Positions 24,999 to 64,000 of a DNA stretch of 64,000 nucleotides are shown piece by piece. Numbering within the stretch: position 1 is the stretch's first letter; every line of letters begins with the position of its first letter. Origin of the DNA: Amoebidium appalachense (taxonomy: Eukaryota; Protista; Ichthyosporea); the NCBI GenBank assembly GCA_963693365.1, contig CAVNZM010000002.1, positions 6,337,943 to 6,401,942 of the forward strand, given 5' to 3'. The position numbers and the translations under genes were made by a program. The notes below the pieces were generated by a model. That model saw only the letters and a list, made by a program, of their open reading frames with translations. It was not told where the DNA came from and searched no databases.

Positions 24999-26921
24999 TT
25001 AGTCGACTTCCTCAACAGTCGGGCCCTGGTGGTTGGCGCCGGTCTTAAAGTCATTAGGCATGGGACCATTTGATTTGTGCATCTTAGCAAATAGCGGTGA
25101 GGCAACACCCTGCAGCTCACTTAGCATGTGTTCGTACTCATCTTTACCTGCTGTCTGGTTGTGTTCCAGCCAATCAAGCGTCTTCTTTGCCTTGCTGAGT
25201 AGAGCGCTGCGTTCCGATTCGTCTATCTTGCCCTTAACCTTGTCGTCCTCGCACGTGGCCTTAACCTGGAACGCGTATGCCTCGAGGCTATTTTTAGCAG
25301 CCACCCTCTCACGCTGCTCGTCATCTTGCTGCTTGAATTTCTCTGCCTCAGCCACCATACGTTCAATGTCGGCCTGTGTAAGTCTCTCCTTGTCGTTCTT
25401 AACTGTGATCGTGTTGCTTCTCCCGGTGGACTTGTCGCATGCCGTCACCTTAAGAATGCCGTTGGCGTCAACGTCAAACGTCACCTCAATCTGCGGCACG
25501 CCGCGGGGTGAAGGGGGGATGTCTGTGAGATCAAACTTGCCAAGCAGGTTGTTGTCTTTGGTCATGGAACGTTCACCCTCGTAGACCTGGATGGTCACTG
25601 CGGGCTGGTTGTCTGCGTACGTGGTGAAGGTCTGTGTCTGCTTGGTGGGCACGGTGGTGTTGCGCTTGATCAGCGGTGTCATTACTCCTCCGGCCGTTTC
25701 AATGCCCAGAGACAGCGGGGCCACATCGAGCAGAAGAAGGTCGGAGGCGTCGCCGGAAGTGTCGCCTGTGAGGATTGCTGCCTGCACGGCGGCACCGTAG
25801 GCAACGGCCTCATCTGGGTTGATGGACCGGTTGAGCTCTCTGCCGTTGAGGTAGTCGCTCAGCAATTTCTGGATCTTGGGGATACGCGTAGACCCACCCA
25901 CCAAAACAACCTCGTCAATGGACCCCTTGTCGAGTTTGGAGTCCCGCATGGCCTTTTCTACGGGCTCAAGGGTGGACCGGAACAGGTCTGCACACAGTTC
26001 TTCGAAGCGTGCGCGGGTGATGGATGTGTAGAAGTCAATGCCGTCCAGGAGAGAATCCACCTCGATGGTAGCCTGTGCAGACGACGAGAGGGTGCGCTTG
26101 GCCCGCTCGCAAGCCGTGCGCAGCCGCCGCAGAGAACGGGCATTAGTCTTGAGGTCCTTCTTGTGCTTGCGGCTGAACTCGGCCACAAAATGGTCCACCA
26201 GGCGGTTGTCAAAGTCCTCCCCGCCCAGATGTGTGTCCCCGGCCGTGGCTTTAACCTCGAACACGCCGTCGTCGATGGAAAGAATGCTGACGTCGAAGGT
26301 GCCGCCGCCCAGGTCGAAGATGAGGATGTTGCGCTCCTTCTTGTCCTTTTTGTCCAGCCCGTAGGCAATGGCTGCAGCCGTGGGTTCGTTGATGATGCGC
26401 AATACGTTGAGGCCGGCGATGGCACCTGCGTCCTTAGTGCTCTGGCGCTGTGCGTCGTTGAAGTATGCAGGCACGGTGATGACGGCACTAGTTACGGGCT
26501 GGCCCAGGTAGGCCTCAGCCGTCTCCTTCATCTTGGCGAGCACCATGGCGCTGATTTCCTCCGGCAGGAATGTCTTCCGCTCGTGCATGAACTCGACCTC
26601 AACTGCAGGCTTGCCGTCCTTGTCTATGACCTTGAAGGGGAAGTGCTTCATGTCGCTCTGAACTTCGGGGTCGTTGAACCGCCGCCCAATGAGTCGTTTT
26701 GCGTCAAAGACAGTGTTGTGTGGGTTCATTGCCACTTGGTTCTTGGCTGCGTCACCCACCAGACGCTCTGTGTCGGTGAAGGCAACATAGGAGGGTGTCG
26801 TGCGGTTGCCCTGGTCGTTGGCGATGATCTCCACCTTGCCGTGCTGGTACACACCCACACAGGAATAGGTCGTGCCCAGATCAATGCCGATGGCCGGTCC
26901 GTTACTCTTTGTTGGTGCCAT
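24999..26921 (-). CDS. HSP70: Cytosolic Hsp70, intronless, 640 aa
   Basis: [24 protein letters not shown] and [14 protein letters not shown] signatures, RARFEEL, C-terminal GPTVEEVD. Single uninterrupted ORF; AATAAA on the minus strand at 24841-24846. Confidence 0.99.
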   Translation of the reverse strand: MAPTKSNGPAIGIDLGTTYSCVGVYQHGKVEIIANDQGNRTTPSYVAFTDTERLVGDAAKNQVAMNPHNTVFDAKRLIGRRFNDPEVQSDMKHFPFKVIDKDGKPAVEVEFMHERKTFLPEEISAMVLAKMKETAEAYLGQPVTSAVITVPAYFNDAQRQSTKDAGAIAGLNVLRIINEPTAAAIAYGLDKKDKKERNILIFDLGGGTFDVSILSIDDGVFEVKATAGDTHLGGEDFDNRLVDHFVAEFSRKHKKDLKTNARSLRRLRTACERAKRTLSSSAQATIEVDSLLDGIDFYTSITRARFEELCADLFRSTLEPVEKAMRDSKLDKGSIDEVVLVGGSTRIPKIQKLLSDYLNGRELNRSINPDEAVAYGAAVQAAILTGDTSGDASDLLLLDVAPLSLGIETAGGVMTPLIKRNTTVPTKQTQTFTTYADNQPAVTIQVYEGERSMTKDNNLLGKFDLTDIPPSPRGVPQIEVTFDVDANGILKVTACDKSTGRSNTITVKNDKERLTQADIERMVAEAEKFKQQDDEQRERVAAKNSLEAYAFQVKATCEDDKVKGKIDESERSALLSKAKKTLDWLEHNQTAGKDEYEHMLSELQGVASPLFAKMHKSNGPMPNDFKTGANHQGPTVEEVD

Positions 26922-27037
26922 GTTTTTACTAGTGTTTAGTAGCCGTAGTTGTAGCGTTGCGTTGTCAATCGCAATGGTGTGTGTGTGTGCGAATGTCGCT
27001 TGGTTTGAGAAGTGATGATGGCAGGGCGAGAAAGCGG

Positions 27038-27314
27038 TTTATATACCTTTGGTTCACAGCTGTTGACCAATCAAAGTAGTCGGCCAATCGTCTTCGTTGG
27101 TTTCCTTTGTTTGTCAACTCCGATGTTACCATGCCAAAAAAGCAAACAAACAGCCATAAAACATGAAATAAAGCAAAAGAATTAATTAAACAACATTAGT
27201 ATGTTTAATATTATCACTATCGCTCACATATAGTAGGTATAAGCCCCCAAGGAAGCTTCTTCTAGAACATTCCATTACACTCCGGAATGTCGATCTGGAA
27301 CTCGGGAACATTCC
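27038..27314 (-). promoter_or_regulatory. Hsp70 promoter: TATA box, CCAAT motifs and heat-shock elements
   Basis: TATATAAA (minus) at 27038-27045; CCAAT at 27067 and 27084. Alternating nGAAn/nTTCn arrays: GGAAGCTTCT 27251-27260, CTTCTAGAACATTCC 27259-27273, GGGAACATTCCC ~27304-27315. Confidence 0.85.
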
Positions 27315-27856
27315 CGATTGGCTCCCTGGTATTTGCAATCACAAATCAATTGTGATTGGTCATTTGGGAGATATAACGAGCCTCTCTCGCAGTCCCTTCC
27401 CGCCCCCGGGGCTCCCCCCCCCCCCCCCCCCCCCCCTCTCCCCACCAGCTTCCCCCCCTCCCCCCTCCCCTCCCCCCCCCCCCTCCCCCCCTCTCCCCGA
27501 AGGAAACGTTTCCTCTGTCGCCCTAATCATTAGAAGTGTACCGTACACATCTATTCATTCACACAGAAGCTTTCTCTGCCCCTCGCGCAGTCCTAATAAG
27601 CATTCTGATCAGCGTTGACAAGCAGGCATGCACCTAATGCATGCTGCAGGCACTGAGAACCCGCACCTACTGTAATTCATGCTTGAGAGAAACAATCACG
27701 CAGGCACACACCTGACGCACGCACACACGCACGCCCTCACACCCGCACGCGCGCACGCGCACACGCACACACGCACACACGAACGCACGCAACAAACACA
27801 TGCACGCATACATGGACACAGAAACAAATGCACGGACGCACGCATCATCCATCACT

Positions 27857-28257
<401 letters not shown>

Positions 28258-28458
28258 CACGCCCACACACACAAACATATGCCCATAGTTCGTCGTGGCG
28301 CTCTCTTGCACATACACACTGGCCTGGCTCAAACACACTATCACGAATATACGCATGTCACGTGACACAAGCACACCGTAAGTCCGTAACGTCCACGAAC
28401 GCACATACACACACGCAGGGGTAAGCACACACAAGTGTGCGCGCACACTCTTACACAC

Positions 28459-28490
<32 letters not shown>

Positions 28491-29467
28491 GGTTGCGTGC
28501 ACCAGTGCACACACATTTTTCTAACCAAAGAACTTCAATAGTAGGCTAATCCATGCATAATTTTTATTCTTACTAACGTGAGAAACATCCCGGAGAATGA
28601 AGTACATATGAAAATGTGTGAGGTTTCACGTCTGGGGGTTGCTTGCCTTGTATTCAATTTGGAAGCCCCGGAGGGATGGGGGAATTGGCTCATGATAAGG
28701 CGATTACCCCCCTCCCCCTGTCCCCTCCACTGCAAAAGTAACCCCCATTCCCCCCCTTCCCTCTCCCCGCCTCTCCCCCTCCCCCCCCCCTCCCCCCCCC
28801 CCCCCCCACACACACACACACGTGCACACAAAAAAGGTAATAGATCATTGAAACTAGTATATAACAGAATCTTCAGGGAAAAAAATACCCCCCCCCCCCC
28901 CCCCCCCACCACCACCACCCATTAGGATTTATAGATCCCCACGATCCTCATTTCCGGCCTCCCCCCCCCCCCCTCCACCCCCCCCCCCCCCCCGGCCCTG
29001 CCCCTTTCTAGCTGAAGCATGCACAAACGTTATAGACGTGGGGAGGGGAGGGGAGGGGGTATTCGGAATTTCCGGAGGGAGGAGGGGGGTTTGGGGCAAA
29101 GGGGAAGGGGGGGGGGGGGGGGGGGAGGTTCTGTTAAGGGCTAAAGGGTGTGATTGGTCGTGTAAGGCTAGTTTTTTCTCATGATTCAAAGGTTTTTGTG
29201 CAACTTGGGTATAGGGAACCCCCCCCCCCCCCCCCCCCCCACCCCCCACCCCCCACCCGCACCCCCCCCACACACACACATACACACAGGCACCCATCCA
29301 CCCCACCGTGGTACCCCACCCCACCCTCTCCGCCCCCTCCCTTCCCCCCCCCCTTCCCCCCCCCCCCCCACACACACACACACATATCCACCCCACCGTG
29401 GCACCCCCCCCCCCCCCCTCCTTCCCCTCCCTTCCCCTCCCTTCCCCGCCCCTCTTCCCCCCCCTCG

Positions 29468-29501
<34 letters not shown>

Positions 29502-29982
29502 ACCCCCTCCCCCGGGGCCCCCCAGCCCCTTCCCCCGTTTAATTACTTTGTCCTCCTTTATTACTTGCTGCAATGTTCTTGATGTTCTAATACAAAGATG
29601 CCCTGATCCTATATAGAACTTTGTGTTATCTCTTTCCTAAACAGGTTTTCAGTGCATTTGTTTGGGTTTGACAAAAATCAAGGATCCCGAACCTTCGGGA
29701 GCCGCACAATAGTATTATGTTGCAGCGGGGCTCTAGCAGCGGGGCTCTAGCAGGACACTTGCTTCAAAAAATTTAGCCTACGGCTGCCTGCCATAAGTGT
29801 TGTACTTGGGCCTGCTCCGGATCCTGCGCTTTTACATAATATTGTTATGCATTGCCGGTGCCTTATGGTGGTTGTATTTGGTGGTGGTGTTTTCTGTTAC
29901 ATGTTGACCGTAGGCATGATAAAAAGTGAAATCCGAACTTGTCACGTGTTCATCATGTGTGTGCATGTGTGTGCGTGCGTGC

Positions 29983-30072
<90 letters not shown>

Positions 30073-30377
30073 TGGTGGGGGGAACGTTTTTTTTGGGGGG
30101 GAGGGGGTTGGGGGGGGGGGGGGGGAGGGGAGGGGGGGGCGAGGTGGGGAATTGTTTTGTTGGAGGGGAGGGGGGGAGAGGGGGGGGGGGGGGAGGGGGA
30201 GGGAGGGAGGGGAGGAAATGTTTTTTATTGGTTAGCCTTACGATCTGGCTTAGGGGCCGGGGATTGGTACACATGGCGTGAGAGGGTGGGGGTGGGTGAG
30301 TGCACGTTTGTGAGTTGGAGGGTGCCCCTCCTCCCCCCCTCTCCCCCCTTCCACGTACCCCGCCCAGTCCCCCCTTC

Positions 30378-31209
30378 AGGGCCCAACCACATCAGCTGAG
30401 TCAACTTGCTTTGAGCAGAATTGTTCTGCAAAAAGCAGAACTACTCTGCAAAGAGCAGAACAACTCTGAGAAAAACAGAATTATATTCGGCAAAAAGCGG
30501 AATTATTCGGCAAAAAGCAGAACTACTCTGAAAAAACAGGATATTTATTTGGCTAAAAACAAAAATTATTCGGCAAAAAGCAGAACTACTCTCAAAAAAA
30601 CTGAATATATATTCGGTAAAAAGCAGAATTATTCGGCAAAAAGCAGAACTACCCTGAAAAAGACAGAATATATATTCGGCAAAAAGCAGAATTATTCGGC
30701 AAAAAGCAGAACTACTCGGGAAAAAACAGAATATAAATTCGGCAAAAAGCAGAATTATTCGGCAAAAAGCAGAACTACTCTGCGAACAGCAGAATTATTC
30801 GGCAAAAAGGAGATTTATTCTGCAAAATCTTTCTGCTGAAAGCAGAATCAATGTGCTAAAAGCAGAATCAATCTGCTAAAAGCAGAATCAATCTGCTAGA
30901 AAGCAGATTTAAATTTATTCTGCCAAAAGCAAAATTATTCTGCTATAAGCAGAATTAGTCTGCTGTCGAAAGCAGAATGATTCTGCATCTGAAGAATCTG
31001 AAAAATCTTCTGCTAAAAGCAGAATATTTCTGCAAAAGGCAAAGTTATTCTGCTCTTTGTAGAATAATTCTGCTAAAAGTATAGGGATTCTGCTTTCGCG
31101 GATGTATCATTCTTCCTTTTGCAGAACAATTCTGCTAGAAGCAGATTTATTCCGCTTTTGCAGAATTATTCTGTTTTCAAAAATGACTCTGCCGAAGTGG
31201 TTGGGCCCT
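30378..31209. mobile_element. Non-autonomous TIR (hAT/foldback-like) element with an internal array of ~20-bp AAAAGCAGAATTATTCGGC-type repeats
   Basis: Left AGGGCCCAACCACATCAGCTGAGTCA versus reverse complement of the right end AGGGCCCAACCACTTCGGCAGAGTCA (3 mismatches in 26). Flanks CCCCCTTC/CCCTCTTC are a possible degenerate 8-bp TSD. Confidence 0.75.
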
Positions 31210-31296
31210 CCCTCTTCCCCTCCCCCCCCCCCCCCCCCCCCCCTCCCGCCCTCCCCCCCCCCTGTTTTGTGTGTATGCGTGTGTGTGTTTGGTGGT

Positions 31297-31344
<48 letters not shown>

Positions 31345-31996
31345 AATCAATATGGCTATTTGCATATGCATGCGTGTCCCCCCCCGGACGTTAAGAGCGC
31401 TGGGATACGTGTACGAAAAGAAAAATTACTTACTATTAAGACCTTTCTAACCTTAACGGTATTTTTGGTTGGGGGGCCCGATGGCTCCATAGTTAAAGGT
31501 AAGCGTAATGTTGCAGCTGAGTATCCTGCCATAGAAAAACCACTATGTACAGTATGTCCTCATCGAGGCACGGTACATACATAGGCCTTGGTGCTGGAGT
31601 GTGCAGATCCATCCACACATCGGCATGTGGACTGAATCGGCTGGAGGGTCCTATTGGCAGATGACCTTGTATGACGTCGATAGGTCGACATATGCAGTCT
31701 CTCAAGCTTTCCGAACTCCCGGGAGTGTCGTTATAAAAGAAGCGCATGTAAACGCACAGGTAACTGGACACCCTTTTTTTTTTTTTCAAAAGGGACCTGA
31801 AGCCAGTAATTGCTGGTCGGTTGATTGAGAGTCTCAACTAAGAGACCAAAAATCCAGTCGGACACACATACTGTAAACGTCACAGTGTGACGTCATCAAA
31901 GTCTTCATTTTTCCTATTGGACGAACCTGCACCAAGACAAAAGCCAATAGGAGCCCACCCAAGACCCAACCACCTAAACATTTGCATGACATTCAC

Positions 31997-32398
31997 TGGA
32001 CCTGTTCGAACGGCCAGGTCCAGGTCAGGTAACGGGTGATGGAATGCGGCCAAATTCCTCGTATCGGACCAACGATCTGTTGGACTTCCAGAATCCGCAT
32101 TCCAATGTCCGGAACCTGGACGACAGGCTGAAAAACGATGCATCGGTTTTCAGCGAAATTCAGCCTGTCGTCCCATCGCAGGAATGCGGTCTGGTTACAA
32201 CTGATTGGTCGAATGATCTGTGATCCCTATTGATTACCCAAAATGTTGATTCTATAAACCTAAAACCATTCCTGAGCGAGCCGCAGGCAGGTCCAGTTGC
32301 TGACGTGGCTCACGCATTCAGCCTACCGCCGGCCCGTTGCCCGTCCCATTCGGGCGATTATGCATCTGAACCCAGACCTGGCCGTTCGAACAGGTCCA
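31997..32398. mobile_element. MITE-like element (~400 bp) with perfect 24-bp terminal inverted repeats, upstream of GGPPS
   Basis: TGGACCTGTTCGAACGGCCAGGTC (31997-32020) is the exact reverse complement of 32375-32398. Internal 15-bp perfect inverted repeat at 32118-32132/32159-32173. No clear TSD. Confidence 0.72.
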
Positions 32399-32781
32399 CT
32401 ATGAGTAATCCTATGATAGCTGAAAGCCTAATAACTACTGTAGATTTCTAAAATGCCAATCAAAAACTACTTTTATATTGATGCAATGTCCGGCAGCAAG
32501 GTCACCAGCACCAGGTTACGCAGCTGGCTGCCGCGCCAGCGCTGCGAGAACACAAAACTTGGCCTCAGCTGGCATCCTATGTGGTCGCAGAATTTCAGAA
32601 AGAAGTATTGCTGTTGGTTCTTATAAGCGCCTGTTTATATATTTCATATACACGAGTGTAGTGCTATACATTCAAGAGAGTATATAGGAAGTAAGAGCGT
32701 TTAGTTGAGTAAAAGCAAACCGAGAACCAATAGTTTTCTCATCCTTTCGCTTAGTGTGTCTAAGGTGAAAACCTCCTCAAA

Positions 32782-39601
<6,820 letters not shown>

Positions 39602-39969
39602 ACACCACCAACGTGAATGTTTGGTGTGATTCTTTAGTACGAGATGTTGGTCATTTCGGCCTTAAAAATCATTGATTTCAAATGGAGATTTAGGTTGTTC
39701 GTAAAATATATCGTATTTTTCGTAGAGTATGCAGGGCCACCTTTCGAATGAGGCAAATAGCAACATCTGCTACGTATACATCTGAATGTGTCCAGTCTTT
39801 AAATTTGATGAATTTTGGTGTCTGTACTTCTGCGTATGTGTTTTTCACGGGTGAACTGGTTTTTGTGTTCTGTACTTTTTTCTTGTTCTTAGCTATTGAG
39901 TGATGCTGGACACCAGGCCGTGTGCTTGTGTGTGTACGTACATGGGTGTGAGTGTGGGTGTGGGTGTGG

Positions 39970-40026
<57 letters not shown>

Positions 40027-41536
40027 CTGACATGTGGGTGTGGGTGTGGGTGTGTGTGGGCAGGGGGGAGGGGGAGAGGCAAGAATGGTGTCAAGCACAC
40101 CTTGTTTGAAAGCGCCAGAAAGAATGTGAGAAGAATGCTTCGTGCACAGCGTGCAGCTCAGCTGCTAACATCCATGCGAGCTAATTTTAGTACCCAAACT
40201 GGGCAATATAAGGTAGCCTGATTTATACGTACCTGAGAACATCACTACACACCTGCTTGTATTTATTGAATGTGTGGTGTGTGTGCACGTGTGTGTGTGG
40301 AATGATAAGTGGGTGTGTGGCTTGGAGTGTGTGTACTTGCGCACACCGGCCTACCTGGTGGGGAGCTAGCACCCACGCGTGGGGTTTCTGCGATGCTTAC
40401 GCATGCTCACGGGCTAGCTGTGACATGCATGCATGTCCTACACAAGTACACAAGTAAAAGGAGTACCGTGAGATAGAAAGATAAAAATAGAATTTTCTGT
40501 TTTTAGTAACACCCTTACATTTTGGTAGTATCAATATCCCCTGTGCAGGTCCAGAGGGCCGTAGCTTCTAGGTGACTGGGTTGCAATTGCATGCAGGGTT
40601 GTAACGTGAAGACCACACCGTTACCACCAGTATTTAAGTCATTTTAAAAATTTGGAGCCTACCCGGTATATGTAGGCTTCGTCAAGGAGTGTGAATGGAC
40701 TAAAAAACACGAGTCTAATATACCTGGCCTCTTTTTATCCATTCAACAAGTCCAATAACTTATTTCGTGTTTGTAATGATTATGTGTACATCAAGTCGAG
40801 GTAAGAAAAGGCTGGAAAAGGAATCGGGTGCACTTCGACTCTTGCATTCAGTGTACATGAAACACTATTGGTTATGATGGTGCTCACCAGGTTTGCCAGA
40901 TTATCTGCCTGCATGTCCAATAATGCGTCGCTTTCGAGCTGGCTCCAGGCATATGCCATTAAATTCTAGAATATATACTTGATAGATCAATGTTCACGGG
41001 GAGTGCACACGTTGTGGCTCGCAAAAGGCACCACTAGCGGCTTAGACACATATCCAAGCAATTTGCTTTAATCGTTGATCTATTAAAGTGCACATGGCCA
41101 GCACTGTGCACGTGCTATTCGTTCATGCCGCCACGTGTGCACACAGTATACATACACGTGGGTGGGTATCTGCAGCATCCGATTCTAACGAACAGGAAAA
41201 TTATCCGACAATAGCCGGGTAACTCGGAATTTGAAATAAGGAACCGGTGTTGGAAGCAAAAGAAAGATCAATTAATGCACTGGCTGAAAGAAATGATCAC
41301 ATATTCCATGCATAAGATGCAGACATTCACAGTCTGTTCGTCATCACATCGTTTCATATGTCACTTGAAAAAACACCTAAACACATTCGTTCTGCCTATC
41401 ATGAAACCCGCTACCACAAAAGCCATTCATTCATTCAAAGCCCACGGGGACTAATAAACCTGCAAATTCACGCAAGATCGCGCATCATCATGCAACATCT
41501 TGCAATATCCTGCAACACCATGAATAATCTTTAACC

Positions 41537-63777
<22,241 letters not shown>

Positions 63778-64000
63778 CTGGAGGGAACAAAAGTACGAAA
63801 ATTAGAAATTTGGCGGTGTGTGACATAGTTGCGCACCAAATGAGCTAGAATTCAGATTGCCATTTTCGAGGTAGAGTTGCCCATTGAAAACGAAAGCAGA
63901 ATCTATCCACTAATAATACACACTCCAGTGTGTAATGGAGTCGACCAACACCGTGTACTGTTAGTGAGTCTATGCATGTCGATGCATTACATTCCCTACG

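Noticed and set aside
25033-26939. Long antisense ORFs opposite Hsp70 (183 aa, 258 aa)
   Set aside because: Typical antisense shadow ORFs of GC3-rich Hsp70 genes.

Overview
Intron-rich eukaryotic genomic DNA, probably a unicellular opisthokont/holozoan (inferred from gene content and GTACGT/GTGCGT-type donors; not certain). Introns are packed with poly-G/poly-C tracts and (CA)n/(GCAC)n microsatellites, so most ORFs in the supplied track are spurious. Splicing by hand gives seven genes: the 3' end of a cathepsin B-like protease (+), an apparently truncated nitroreductase (+), RPL8/uL2 (-), a CH-domain + 5xLIM protein (+), an intronless Hsp70 with heat-shock elements (-), a GGPP synthase with a 1-nt frameshift (+) and the 3' part of UTP20 (-). 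Two TIR elements lie upstream of GGPPS. The most notable signal is a non-coding repeat family at five intronic loci, one of them a 5.5 x 453-bp tandem array. Its two diverged subfamilies share covarying helices and every conserved hammerhead core nucleotide, but in a non-circularly permuted order. This is a candidate retrozyme-like mobile RNA that sits sense to its host gene and abuts poly-C tracts.
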